DNA of 64,000 bases. Source: a virus. Positions 20,681-30,845 of this stretch are shown here, in pieces. The notes below the pieces were generated by a model. That model had not been told where the DNA came from, did not search any database, and worked only from the letters and a program-made list of their open reading frames with translations. The first letter of the stretch is position 1; every line of letters starts with the position of its first letter. The position numbers were made by a program, and so were the translations under genes. The stretch spans positions 9,179 through 73,178 of the IMG/VR virus record IMGVR_UViG_3300046747_000551; one strand, written 5' to 3'.

Positions 20681-21002
20681 GCTGTGGCATTATGTAAGTC
20701 GCAAGCTGCGCGCGTATGCGCGATTCTTCCACTTACCGCTGCGCGAGGTCAAGCTGATGGCGCCGCACAAGAATTTTTACGGCGACTGCTCCAGCGACGG
20801 GCGCATTCGCATTCAGCTTCGGCGAAACGGGGACCGGCCCATCGCCTACCAAATCATCGACACCATGGCGCACGAGCTGGCGCACCTGGAATACCAGAAT
20901 CACAAGCCGCCCTGGTTCCGGCTGCACATGGGCCTTCTCGTCCGCATGATGGACGACGGCGTATATGACGACCTCCGCCGGCTCTGCAAAAAAGCCCGTT
21001 GA
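20658..21002 (+). CDS. Minimal zincin metallopeptidase (SprT/WLM/YgjP-like)
   Basis: YG.C...G.I.I.LR...IIDTMAHELAHL...NH...F. Confidence 0.75.
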   Translation: MSAPSDAELWHYVSRKLRAYARFFHLPLREVKLMAPHKNFYGDCSSDGRIRIQLRRNGDRPIAYQIIDTMAHELAHLEYQNHKPPWFRLHMGLLVRMMDDGVYDDLRRLCKKAR

Positions 21003-21038
21003 CAAATCGAATTGCCTCACCACTTCTTATGGAAGAAC

Positions 21039-21590
21039 GTGAAATTGATAGCAATTCTCCTGCTGGCGGCGGCGACAATCTTCGCCGACGAAAACCCTCC
21101 CCAAACCCCCGAAGTCGTGGATGCCCTGGACGCCGTCGCCGCCATCTCGGCGCGGATGCACTTCGAGCCGGACTCGCCTTACACCGGTCCCGAGGACGGG
21201 CTCTATGTCGCGCCCACCCAGGCGATGATAGAGGACTTCCTTCGCTTCTACGAGGCGAAGCGGGAACAAATCCCCTGGCTGCCCGAGGTGTTCGACTGCG
21301 ACGACAAGGCGACCGAGATGAAATATCTCGCGGCGGTCTGGAGCGTGCGCAAGTGGCACGGCGAGGCGCCCGGCGTGCTCATTGGGAAGGCCTACGTGAA
21401 AATCGACGGCGACTACTCCGCGCTGGCCCCCGCGTCAGCGGGCAAGTGGGCGCACGGGTATCACGTCCTGAATTTTGTGGTGCGGAGCGACGGGGAGGTT
21501 TTTTTTATCGAACCGCAGACGGGCTGCGTGGCCGAGGTGTCCGCGTTCATCTATGAAGGGTCGATAGAGATTCTCCGATTGGAGTATTGA
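21039..21590 (+). CDS. Exported papain/transglutaminase-fold protein (resembles MOA agglutinin C-terminal domain)
   Basis: Signal-peptide-like VKLIAILLLAAATIFA; FDCDD.A, GYHVLN, FFIEPQT triad pattern. Confidence 0.6.
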   Translation: MKLIAILLLAAATIFADENPPQTPEVVDALDAVAAISARMHFEPDSPYTGPEDGLYVAPTQAMIEDFLRFYEAKREQIPWLPEVFDCDDKATEMKYLAAVWSVRKWHGEAPGVLIGKAYVKIDGDYSALAPASAGKWAHGYHVLNFVVRSDGEVFFIEPQTGCVAEVSAFIYEGSIEILRLEY

Positions 21591-21603
21591 GGGGGTGATT
21601 TAG

Positions 21604-21789
21604 ATGCCAGTAAAAACCAAAAAGACCAAGTGCGGCTACAGCAACAGCACGCCCGGCGGAAGCAAAGGGAAGTGCATGACCAAGAAAAACGCTGCGGCCC
21701 AGAAGCGACTGCTGAATGCCGTGGACCACGGCTATGTGCCGACCGGCAACAAGCACGAGGCCATGAAAAAGCGCGTCATGGGGGAGTGA
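21604..21789 (+). CDS. Small basic protein
   Basis: MPVKTKK...TKKNAAAQKRLLNAVDHG. Confidence 0.55.
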   Translation: MPVKTKKTKCGYSNSTPGGSKGKCMTKKNAAAQKRLLNAVDHGYVPTGNKHEAMKKRVMGE

Positions 21790-21831
21790 CCCCTTGACAA
21801 TTCCAGAAAACCCTACACTGGGATAGATGTA

Positions 21832-23025
21832 ATGAGCAACGCAGCAACCCGAGTCCATCACCCCTACTCTCCGAGCACGCTACAGGCTCGGGAGGCCTGC
21901 CCGTGTTGGACCCCGTCTGGGGGCACCAACGAGGCGGCGGAGGCGGGCACGCTGCAACACGACGCGGCGGAAAAAGGTCTGGACGACCCGCGGTTGTCTG
22001 ATGCCCAGGCAGCCGCGGTCGCCCAGTGCAAGGCCTTCTGTGACGACCTCGCCAGCAAGTTCCCGGGCGCCACGGTTCTCAACGAGCAATACCTCCCGGT
22101 GGACGATGAAGTAATCGCGGTGCAGGACCCGCCGCCGCTTCGCTCCCGCAGCATTTTCGTGGGGACCACCGCTGGCTTCATGGACTGGGGTCTGGTCACC
22201 GCGGACGGCCTGCACGGCGAGCTGGTGGACTACAAGTTCGGCCAGCACGCGGTCGAAGACACCGACAACAATCTCCAGGGCATTTCCTACGCGCTCGGGC
22301 TGTTCAAGAAATACCCGACGCTGCGCGACGTGACGGTGACCTTCCTACTCCCGTATCGCGACGAGGTGGACCAACACACCTTCGATATGAGCAACGCGGC
22401 CGCACTCCTCTTGCGCATCAAAACCGTTGTGCATAGGGCGATAGAAGCCAAGCGTGCGGGAGACTTTTTGACGGCACGCCCGAGCGTCTCCGCGTGTTCG
22501 TTCTGCGGTGAGCTGGGCCGCTGCCCGAAAGTCGCGGAGCTGGCGCTGCACGTCGGCCGCAAGTATCGGCCCATCGACGTGCCGAAAAGTTTGACGCCCT
22601 CGATGATGCTCGACCCGAAAGATGTGGGCCTCGGGCTGCAACTGGCGCAGGTGCTGAAGGCCTGGGCCGAGGCATACCGCGCGCAGGCGACCCAGAAGAC
22701 CATCCTGGACGACCACTTTGTTCCGGACGGCTACAAGCTGGTGTCGTCCGTCAAGCGACACGTCCTGCCCGGCAAGGCCCGGGAGCTGGCGAACATCGCC
22801 AAAGAATTTTTGCCTGAGGAGCAGCACGACATGGTCGAGGCCCTTTTCGACATCTCGCTCGGCCCCCTGGAAAAACTAATCTCCGCCGCCGCACCGCGCG
22901 GCAGCAAAGAAGAGGCGGTCGAAACCTTCGGGGAGTGTATCCTCGAAGCCGGCGCAGTGGAGGAAGGCGAACCCTATGCCTACCTGCGCATGGACACGAC
23001 CGGAAAACCGAAAACCAAGACCTAA
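21832..23025 (+). CDS. Cas4-like PD-(D/E)XK exonuclease (DUF2800 type)
   Basis: H..YSPS.....ACP, A.AGT..H, GFMD, LVDYKFG, N.Q...YALG, C.FC.....CP. Confidence 0.85.
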   Translation: MSNAATRVHHPYSPSTLQAREACPCWTPSGGTNEAAEAGTLQHDAAEKGLDDPRLSDAQAAAVAQCKAFCDDLASKFPGATVLNEQYLPVDDEVIAVQDPPPLRSRSIFVGTTAGFMDWGLVTADGLHGELVDYKFGQHAVEDTDNNLQGISYALGLFKKYPTLRDVTVTFLLPYRDEVDQHTFDMSNAAALLLRIKTVVHRAIEAKRAGDFLTARPSVSACSFCGELGRCPKVAELALHVGRKYRPIDVPKSLTPSMMLDPKDVGLGLQLAQVLKAWAEAYRAQATQKTILDDHFVPDGYKLVSSVKRHVLPGKARELANIAKEFLPEEQHDMVEALFDISLGPLEKLISAAAPRGSKEEAVETFGECILEAGAVEEGEPYAYLRMDTTGKPKTKT

Positions 23026-23030
23026 AAACC

Positions 23031-23837
23031 ATGAACATGAGTTTTGTCAAAGAAGGCGTGGAAGATACCACGACGCCGGTTCCGCCGGCACCCGAGACGC
23101 CGGCCGCGTCAACCGAAGTCGCCACCCGCGAAGCCACCCCCGGCTTTTTCGACGAGGACAACATTCGCTACGAAGACATCGTCTTCCCGCGAATCAACAT
23201 CGTCCAGTTCGTCGGCAAGCTGGCCACCGAGCAGGGCTTCGACCCCGGGTCCATCCTGTTGGCGTCGCAAAACGTCATCCACACGCCCGAGAGCAAGACG
23301 GACAAGGGCACGCCCCCGCTCAACCTCACGGTCATCGGCTTTCGTCCGCTGCAATACGCGGAGAAGCTGCCCGGCGGCAAGCAGGGCCTGCTTGTCAACA
23401 GCGAGTCCGAAGTGGTCAAGCACAACGGCACGCTGAGCTGGAAGGAATGGGACGCCTCGAAGAACAGCGGGAGCCCGCTGCGCTACTTCCAGACCTTGGC
23501 TACTGCCCTGCTCCTCGTGGAGAAGCCGGACTTCTACGCGGACCCAGACCAGCTGGACTTCCCGTATGTGTTCGAGGTCGAGGGGCAGCCTTCGCGCTAC
23601 TTCACGCTCGCGCTCTGGGGCATGAAGGGCTCGGCCTACACCAAGGGTGCCAAGGCCATCCGCACGCAGAAGAAAATCGGTTCCCTTCGGAAGGGATACC
23701 TCACGCACTCCTGGACGCTGACCACGACCAAGCAGTCCAAGGACGACAACTACTACTTCGAACCGAAGCTCCGCGCCTCGACGAAGAATGGTGACCTCTT
23801 CCAAGAGTTCATCAAAGCAATCATCGGCGCGCAGTAA
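23031..23837 (+). CDS. Probable ssDNA-binding or recombination protein
   Basis: Position between exonuclease and polymerase; DIVFPRINIVQ motif; followed by a strong terminator. Confidence 0.5.
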   Translation: MNMSFVKEGVEDTTTPVPPAPETPAASTEVATREATPGFFDEDNIRYEDIVFPRINIVQFVGKLATEQGFDPGSILLASQNVIHTPESKTDKGTPPLNLTVIGFRPLQYAEKLPGGKQGLLVNSESEVVKHNGTLSWKEWDASKNSGSPLRYFQTLATALLLVEKPDFYADPDQLDFPYVFEVEGQPSRYFTLALWGMKGSAYTKGAKAIRTQKKIGSLRKGYLTHSWTLTTTKQSKDDNYYFEPKLRASTKNGDLFQEFIKAIIGAQ

Positions 23838-23854
23838 AGCGCCGCTCGCCACGG

Positions 23855-23896
23855 GCGGGCCGGGGGTTCACGTTCTTCCCCTCGGCCCGCTTTTTC
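23855..23896 (+). terminator. Rho-independent terminator
   Basis: GCGGGCCGGGGG-loop-CCCCTCGGCCCGC followed by TTTTT. Confidence 0.8.
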
Positions 23897-23941
23897 GTGT
23901 CCGGATTTGACAGGAGGACGGCGGCGTGCTAGACTGCGGGC

Positions 23942-25148
23942 GTGAAGAAAGCCCGCAAACCAAAGATTCGACGAACCTGGGGCACGATGTCCCCGGTCAC
24001 CAAAGTGAAACCCTCGGCACGGCGCTACAGCCGCGCTGAAAACAAAAGGAACGAACGTGGCGAATAAGAACACCCTCCGCAAGAACGCGGCCCGCCTGAA
24101 GGCCTACGCCCGCTACAAGCGCGGTCGCGACACTTTTCCCGCCGGCATGGCGCCGTTTGGGGAAGAGGCCTGTCGGCCCAAAGACAACAAACCCAAGGTC
24201 GCCGCAAGTGGTGGCCGCAAAACCCCTGGACTCCGATGAACATTTTTCAAAAATTCAAGCGCTGGCTGATGGACACCTCGCCCGAGCCGGACCCCATTGA
24301 ATACGCGCAATGGGAAACTGAAGGCGGCACAACGCCTGAACAGAACGAGGCGCACTTCGCCGCGACCGGCCCCAAACCGACCGGTCCCGGTCCGCGCCCT
24401 TATGGTTGGTCAACCGGTCCGCACTACGCGGGAGGCTACCGCACCGCGCCTGTGGTTGCCGTGGACGACACCAGCGACTGCCTCACGGTCGCCGCGTCTG
24501 CCGCGGTCGCTGCGATGCTGGCCGAATCTACCCCGCCAGCCTGCCCCTACTGCGAGACCGCCATCCCGCCGGCAGCCATGCCGTCCACCGACGTGCCGCT
24601 CGAATCGCCCTCGCCGTCATCGGACACCCCGGACTGCGGCGGGTCTTCCTGCGACTGCTCCTGCGGAGGTGACCAATGAACGTCGCGCGCGTTGCAGTGG
24701 GCGTGCTTATCGGCCTGGGCCTCGTGCTCTGGGCAGTCAATCAGGTCGCCCTGGCGGCGGCTTGTTTCATCTTCGTCATCCTCCTGTGGAGGCCGTCGTG
24801 AGCGACGCCTTCACAGTGAAGTCCAACGTCCGGGACTACGCGCTGGTGTGCTCCAAAGCCAATCGCGCCGGCAAATTCAAGCGCGTTAGCGAGGACTTCC
24901 TGACGGACATCGAAACGGCCGTGGACTGTTTGATACGGCAAATCGAAACGAAGGTCGGCGAGCCGCTGCACCCGCTGCCGAAGGACCCGCAGAAGACGGC
25001 CATTTTCGGGGGCACCGAACCGGTCGAGCGCCTGCGGCTGGTGACGGGCTTCGCGAGCGAACGGGCGCACGCGCGCCTGGAAGCGGCCATCCGAAAAATC
25101 ATCGCAAACAAAGTGCAAGGCACGCCAACGTGCGGCCAGACACTTTGA
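23942..25148 (+). other. Small hypothetical genes (23942-24067, 24057-24239, 24236-24679, 24798-25148)
   Basis: First gene starts 6 nt after TTGACA-N17-TAGACT; co-oriented and overlapping. Confidence 0.5.
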
Positions 25149-25186
25149 GGGGGTTGACATTTTCGGGAAACTCCACACTGGGATAA

Positions 25187-26257
25187 GTGATGATAACGCA
25201 CCTCGGCTTCGACTACGAGACCTATTACGACACGAAGCTGAAGTATGACATACAGCACCTGGGGGCCGAGCGCTACGTCCGAGACGAGCGTTTCGACCCC
25301 TACTTGTTGTCGGTGAGTGACGGCGCGAATTCCTGGGCCGGCCCACCAAAAAATTTCAACTGGGACATGCTGGACGGGATGACCGTCGTGGCGCACAACG
25401 CCGCGTTCGACCAGACCGTTTACAACGAGATGGTCCGGCGTGGCATGGCGCCGCTGAAGCGCATCAAGGCGTGGCACTGCACGGCGAACCTCTCGTCCTA
25501 CCTCTGCAATCGGCGCGCGCTGGATGACGCGTGTGCGTTCCTGCTCGACATCACGGTGGACAAGTCCACCCGCAGCGAGGCCAACGGCAAAACGTCCGAG
25601 GAGCTGAAGGCCGACAAGCTGGGCTGGGACCGCATGCTCGACTACGGGCGCGGCGATGCTTTTCGGTGCTGGACGCTCTGGGACAAGTTCGGCGCGGAGT
25701 GGCCGGAGTCGGAGCGCGAGCTGTCCCGTATCACCATCGACCAGTGCCTGCGCGGCGTGCAAATCGATGTCGAGCTGCTGAACGAATACATCCGCGTGGC
25801 CGAGACGCTGGTCATCACTTGCCAATACGCGCTGCCCTGGACGTCCCGCGGCGCGCCGCCCACGTCGCCCAAGGCCATGGCCGAGGAATGCCGCAAGTGC
25901 AACATCCCCTGCCCGCCGGTGAAGTCCCGGGACGGCGTGGACGCGTTCGATGCCTGGGAGGCGCAGTATTCTCCCGCGCACCCGTGGATAAAAGCTGTGG
26001 GCGACTGGCGGCAGGTCAATAAGCTGCTGGCCACGCTGAAGACCTTCAAAATCCGCGTGCGTGAGGACGGCACGATGCCCTTCGGCCTGAAGTATTTTGG
26101 CGCGCATACTGGCCGCTGGTCCGGCGACGCCGGCCTGAATTTTCAAAACTTCCGCAAGGTGCCCCTGTTCGTCACCGCCGCCGGCGCGCTTACCGAGGAC
26201 AAAAAAGCTGCGGCCACTGTCCTCGACATCCGCAAGTTAATCATCGCCCGCCCATGA
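25187..26257 (+). CDS. polA: DNA polymerase family A, N-terminal part (3'-5' exonuclease and thumb)
   Basis: GFDYETY (ExoI), VAHNAAFD (ExoII), Y...DA (ExoIII), RGV.ID, HTGRWSG...NFQN. Confidence 0.9.
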   Translation: MMITHLGFDYETYYDTKLKYDIQHLGAERYVRDERFDPYLLSVSDGANSWAGPPKNFNWDMLDGMTVVAHNAAFDQTVYNEMVRRGMAPLKRIKAWHCTANLSSYLCNRRALDDACAFLLDITVDKSTRSEANGKTSEELKADKLGWDRMLDYGRGDAFRCWTLWDKFGAEWPESERELSRITIDQCLRGVQIDVELLNEYIRVAETLVITCQYALPWTSRGAPPTSPKAMAEECRKCNIPCPPVKSRDGVDAFDAWEAQYSPAHPWIKAVGDWRQVNKLLATLKTFKIRVREDGTMPFGLKYFGAHTGRWSGDAGLNFQNFRKVPLFVTAAGALTEDKKAAATVLDIRKLIIARP

Positions 26258-27153
26258 AACTAATCGTCTCCGACCTCGCGCAAATCGAGCCGCGCGTGCT
26301 GGCGTGGCTGGTCAACGACAAGGTGGCCCTGGACGCGATGGCAGCCGGCGACTCGCCGTATGTCGCGCACGCCAAGGCATCCATGGAGTGGACCCCGTCA
26401 CACACGGACTGGGTCCTGGGCGACCTGAAAAAAGAGTCCGCCAACATTTATTCGCTGGCCAAAGTCCGTGTCCTCGGGCTGGGCTACGGCGCCGGCTGGC
26501 TGAAGTTCATCACGATGGCCAAAACGATGGCTGGCCTGGACATCACCAAGGGCGACCCGGAGACCGAGCAAAAGCTGACCCGCGACGGGGAACTATGTTG
26601 GAACGCCGACGGCACGCCGAAGATGGTGTCCGGCTACGGCAAGAATTCCCGGCGCATCGTGAAAGACTTTCGCGACTCGAACCCTGGCATCGTGAACCTC
26701 TGGCGGCAGCTTGACGAGGGCTTCCGGAACGCCTGCGGCGGCGACTTCCGCATGCAGCTGCCCTCCGGCCGCTTCATGGTTTATCGGGACGTGCGGTCCG
26801 AATGGCGGCTGGTGCCCGAGACGGACGAGAGCGGCGAGGCCACGGGCGGCATGAAGCGCAAGCTGGTCTATACCGCCGACGTGGGCGGTGTGCGCAGCGT
26901 TTTCTACGGCGGGCTGCTGTGCGAAAACTTGGTGCAGGCCACCGCGCGCGACGTGTTCGGGTTCCACATGCTTTTGCTCGACAAGACGCCGGGCATTCGT
27001 ATCCTGTTCACCTGCCACGACGAGGCAGTTTGTGAATGCGAGGACCACATCACCGCCGAGCAGGTGCAAGACACAATGTCGGTATGCCCGCCCTGGCTGC
27101 GCGGCTGCCCTCTCGCCGCCGAAGCCAAGGAAGTCCCCTGCTACTGCAAATGA
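26254..27153 (+). CDS. polA: DNA polymerase family A, C-terminal part (palm and fingers)
   Basis: Motif A SDLAQIEPR, motif B KVRVLGLGYG, ENLVQATARD, motif C CHDE. Confidence 0.9.
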   Translation: MKLIVSDLAQIEPRVLAWLVNDKVALDAMAAGDSPYVAHAKASMEWTPSHTDWVLGDLKKESANIYSLAKVRVLGLGYGAGWLKFITMAKTMAGLDITKGDPETEQKLTRDGELCWNADGTPKMVSGYGKNSRRIVKDFRDSNPGIVNLWRQLDEGFRNACGGDFRMQLPSGRFMVYRDVRSEWRLVPETDESGEATGGMKRKLVYTADVGGVRSVFYGGLLCENLVQATARDVFGFHMLLLDKTPGIRILFTCHDEAVCECEDHITAEQVQDTMSVCPPWLRGCPLAAEAKEVPCYCK

Positions 27154-29375
27154 AACTTTTCTGCCTGCGCAACCTCAGCTCGCACGAGGTCACCACCTGT
27201 GTCCCGTGGGAATTCGGTCCGGAAAATCTGGGAGCGGTTCCCCCGGAGGCCTTCTCGGATAAGACGGTCCGAGACACCTGGGCCAATCGCCCCGGCACGG
27301 TGCATCAAATGTATTCGTGCTACCAGGGGTCCAACCCGAACCTGCGCATCAGCAAAGAGAATCCGCCACACGACGCACGCGCCGCGGCCATCGACGTGGA
27401 CGTGAAGCTGACGCGGCCCGAGCTGGACGGCGCGCTGGAGCGAATGGGCGACCGCAAGCCGAACTATATCGAGACCACTTTTTCCGGCCACTTCCGGCTC
27501 GTCTGGCTGTTCGCGGTGCCCATCGGTTTTCTCGGCGACATGACTTTCGCAAAGTTCGTCCTTGAGCATCTGCATGAGCTGCTGCCGTATCGCCAGTGTC
27601 CGGGAATTGATGAGGGCGCCGTCTCGCGTGGCACGCAATACTACACTAACGGTTGTCGCTGGGAAAAAATTCACGACACCCCCATTCCGGCGGACCTGCT
27701 CATTGGCTGGCAAATGGCCATCTCCAAAAAATTCAACTGGGCGGATACCAAGGACGCGGTGAAAATCCCGCTCGACGTGGTCGAGGCGAAGCTGCGCGAA
27801 ATGTTTCCTCGGTTCGTGACTGAGTGGAAATCGGAGTTCAAGAAGGATGCGCAGGGGCCGACCTTCTGGGAACCGGAATCGACGAGCCCGAATTCGGCAA
27901 TCGTGAACGACCACGGTATCCGGTCCTTTGCGGACCACGCCTCACACAAGCCGTTTATGACCTGGGCCGACTTTTTCGGCGCGCAGTTCGTGGCCGAGTA
28001 TCAGCTGAAGCTGCTGGGCAACGCGGTCGAGGGCATCTACTACGACGGCCGGCAGTTCATCCGAAAACAGTCTGAGGGCAAGTGGCTGTTCGGCGGCGCG
28101 GACGACCTGTCGCGTCACCTGCGCTGCGAGCGCGGGCTCTCCGACCGCCGGCCCAAGGGCCGCAACGCTTCGCCCGTGGACGAGGCCATCTCCTTCATCC
28201 AAAACAAAGGCCACATCACGTCGGCCGGGAGTTTCTCCTTCTACCCCAAAGGCATCATGGAACGTTACGGCAAAACATTTCTCAACATCCACAACCGCGA
28301 CGTGCTGACCCCGGCACCGGGCACCCAGAAGTGGGGCGACAAGTTCCCCTTCATCGCCAAGTTTTACGACGGCTGGCTGACTTCCGAAGCCGCGCTCACG
28401 GCGTATCTGTCGCACCTGTCGTATGCGTTTCGCTGCGCGTTCAATCGCGCCCCGCAGCCCGGGCAAGTGTCCGTCTTCGTCGGTCCGCCGAGCTGCGGAA
28501 AAACGCTCAACACGCGCTACATCATCGGCGCGCTGTTCAATGGCTACGCGGAGTGCCAGGACTGGATGATGGGCCGCGACCAGTTCAACAGCGAGTTGTT
28601 CGAGGTCTTCAATTGGGCCATCGACGACAACACAATGGGGCTTGACGCGCGCTCGCATCGTATCTACACTGAGATGCTGAAAAGATGCTGTGCCAATCAA
28701 GCGTTCCGTTCCAACGAGAAGTTCCGCGCGGCCGGGCTGCTCGACTGGGCCGGCCGAATCTGGGTGTCGCTCAACAACGACGCGGCCAGCCTGCGGCACT
28801 TGCCGGAGCTGGGCATGTCGAACATGGACAAGCTGAACCTTTACTGCTGCACGGTCCTCCGGACGGACGGGTTCGTTTTTCCTGCGCGCGAGGAAATCGC
28901 CCGCACGCTGGTCCAGGAACTGCCCTACTTCGGGAAGTTCCTGTTGGACTACGAAATCCCGGCGCACCGCATGGGCACGGAAAAGCGCTTCGGCCCCATT
29001 CATTACCACGACACGTCTTTGGTCATCGAGGCCAACCAATCGTCGCTGAGCGCCAGCATCGGCGAGCAGGTGGACGAGTGGATGCGCCAGTATTTTGTCG
29101 AGAAGCACCCTGAGCACGACTGCTGGGAAGGCACCGCCTACCAGCTCTACCAATCGATGGCCATCGACTGCCAGATGCGCGAGGCCATGGGCCGCACGAC
29201 GGCGGACACGCTGAGCAAGACGCTCCCTGAGCTGGCGCAAAAAGGTTTCGACATCGAAATCCTGGGCGGCGAGTTCCGCCGCACGTTCCGAATTTGCCGG
29301 GGCAACCGTTACCCGAAGGGACCGGTCGCCAAGACAATCAAGCAGACCCCCAACAACCCCTACGAAAAACAATGA
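27150..29375 (+). CDS. Primase-helicase (AEP primase-polymerase plus SF3/D5-like P-loop domain)
   Basis: AIDVD and TTFSGHFRLVW (AEP motifs); VFVGPPSCGKT Walker A, FNSEL, WAIDD Walker B. Confidence 0.8.
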   Translation: MKLFCLRNLSSHEVTTCVPWEFGPENLGAVPPEAFSDKTVRDTWANRPGTVHQMYSCYQGSNPNLRISKENPPHDARAAAIDVDVKLTRPELDGALERMGDRKPNYIETTFSGHFRLVWLFAVPIGFLGDMTFAKFVLEHLHELLPYRQCPGIDEGAVSRGTQYYTNGCRWEKIHDTPIPADLLIGWQMAISKKFNWADTKDAVKIPLDVVEAKLREMFPRFVTEWKSEFKKDAQGPTFWEPESTSPNSAIVNDHGIRSFADHASHKPFMTWADFFGAQFVAEYQLKLLGNAVEGIYYDGRQFIRKQSEGKWLFGGADDLSRHLRCERGLSDRRPKGRNASPVDEAISFIQNKGHITSAGSFSFYPKGIMERYGKTFLNIHNRDVLTPAPGTQKWGDKFPFIAKFYDGWLTSEAALTAYLSHLSYAFRCAFNRAPQPGQVSVFVGPPSCGKTLNTRYIIGALFNGYAECQDWMMGRDQFNSELFEVFNWAIDDNTMGLDARSHRIYTEMLKRCCANQAFRSNEKFRAAGLLDWAGRIWVSLNNDAASLRHLPELGMSNMDKLNLYCCTVLRTDGFVFPAREEIARTLVQELPYFGKFLLDYEIPAHRMGTEKRFGPIHYHDTSLVIEANQSSLSASIGEQVDEWMRQYFVEKHPEHDCWEGTAYQLYQSMAIDCQMREAMGRTTADTLSKTLPELAQKGFDIEILGGEFRRTFRICRGNRYPKGPVAKTIKQTPNNPYEKQ

Positions 29376-30151
29376 AGAACCTAGTCGTGGGCTACGCGCA
29401 CCATCAAGACACCAAACGCGGCGAGGAATACCTCTCCCGCTTCGGTAACTGGATGCCCTTGCACCCCCACTATTTCAATATGAGCGACAACCAAAGCTAC
29501 TACGCCCCCGGGACGGACCTGAAGTTCACCCTCCTCTCTGCCGAAGAAGAGACACGCCTGTTCACCGTCGCCCGCGGCGGTCGATATACGGCGACCGAGG
29601 TGAACGCCGCGCGCGACTACATCATCACCAACCATCTGCTTTTCGCGGCGACTTACGCGAGGCGAATCGTGAAGGGCAAGCTGCCCGACAACGAGGTCGT
29701 CAGCGCCGCGAATTTCGGCCTGATGAAGGCGTTCGAGGCGTTTGACCACAAGCGCGGGAAACGTTTCTCGTGCTACGCGAAGCCCTACATCCGGTCCGAA
29801 ATCGCCACGCTCTGGCGCTCCAAGGACATCGTGGACTACCACGGCAATTTTCCGGACGTGACCGAGGACAACGTCGCGATGCTCGACCCCGACTGCGGCG
29901 TCGTCATGCCGGACAACGAGGGCGACAGCCGCGAGCTGGTGTTGAAGTGCCTGGAGGAATCCAAGTCCGTGCTCAACGCCAAGGAAGCGAAAATCCTGCG
30001 CATGCACTACGAGCAGGGACTGAACATGCGGGAAATCGCGGACACGTTCGACATCACGCGCGAGCGCATTCGACAAATCCACGACGTGGCCATCGCCAAG
30101 CTGGCCCGGGCCTTCAAGCGTGCCGGCGTGAACGCACAGGGGGAAGTATGA
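29372..30151 (+). CDS. Phage-encoded sigma-70 family RNA polymerase sigma factor
   Basis: Region 2: ..VSAANFGLMKAFEAFDHKRGKRFSCYAKPYIR; region 4: LN.KE..IL..HY..GL..REIA..F.ITRERIRQI...AI.KL. Confidence 0.9.
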   Translation: MKNLVVGYAHHQDTKRGEEYLSRFGNWMPLHPHYFNMSDNQSYYAPGTDLKFTLLSAEEETRLFTVARGGRYTATEVNAARDYIITNHLLFAATYARRIVKGKLPDNEVVSAANFGLMKAFEAFDHKRGKRFSCYAKPYIRSEIATLWRSKDIVDYHGNFPDVTEDNVAMLDPDCGVVMPDNEGDSRELVLKCLEESKSVLNAKEAKILRMHYEQGLNMREIADTFDITRERIRQIHDVAIAKLARAFKRAGVNAQGEV

Positions 30152-30354
30152 GCGAGTCCGTCAAGTGCCCCGTGTGCGGGCTGACCGACGTGGAGGTGTG
30201 CTGCGACGAGGTGGACAACGAGGTCGGCATCCAGCGTTTCGTCTGGGGCTACGTCTGCAAGAAGTGTGGCGAGATACCCGTGTGCCCGGACTGCGGGGCC
30301 TGCATCGCCTCGCCGGGGGACCACATGGTCTGGTGTGAGAGGGACAAAGAATGA
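30148..30354 (+). CDS. Cys-rich zinc-finger protein
   Basis: CPVC, CKKC, CPDC, H...C. Confidence 0.6.
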   Translation: MSESVKCPVCGLTDVEVCCDEVDNEVGIQRFVWGYVCKKCGEIPVCPDCGACIASPGDHMVWCERDKE

Positions 30355-30839
30355 ACATCCTTGCGCTAGACCTCGGGACGAACACCGGCTGGGCGCGCCG
30401 CCTGGACGGGAAAGTAGTGTCTGGCACTTGGTCATTGCCGCCGAAAAAGAAGGGCGCGGACTGCTGCGTCATCGACCCGCGGCTCATTCTTTTCCGGCAG
30501 CGCCTGCGGGACAACACCGACGTGGATGCGTTGGTTTATGAGGACGTGAAGTTCGTGCGGTCCCAAGCGCAGGCCCACCTCTGGGCCGGCTTCCGCGCCG
30601 TGCTTTGGCTTTTTGCACACGACTTCAGCATCCCGACCTTTTGCTGCCCGGTGCAGACCTTGAAAAAGTTCGCGACCGGCAGCGGGGCGGCGGACAAGGA
30701 TGCGATGGCGCTGGCCTACTATGAAAAGGTGGGCCTGAATCCGCGGTTCGCGGCGCTAGATGACAACGCCATCGACGCGTGGCATCTACTGCATTGGGCA
30801 GAAGCGACCTTGACGAAACCGGAAATTGGCACACCTTAA
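30351..30839 (+). CDS. ruvC: RuvC-like Holliday junction resolvase
   Basis: ILALDLGT.TGWA, YEDV, TLKKFATG.G.A.K..M, DDN..DA. Confidence 0.85.
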   Translation: MNILALDLGTNTGWARRLDGKVVSGTWSLPPKKKGADCCVIDPRLILFRQRLRDNTDVDALVYEDVKFVRSQAQAHLWAGFRAVLWLFAHDFSIPTFCCPVQTLKKFATGSGAADKDAMALAYYEKVGLNPRFAALDDNAIDAWHLLHWAEATLTKPEIGTP

Positions 30840-30845
30840 CTAGGA

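Noticed and set aside
21832-23025. Cas4-like nuclease as a sign of a CRISPR system
   Set aside because: No repeat-spacer array or other cas genes seen; the context (SSB candidate, PolA) is the usual phage replication module
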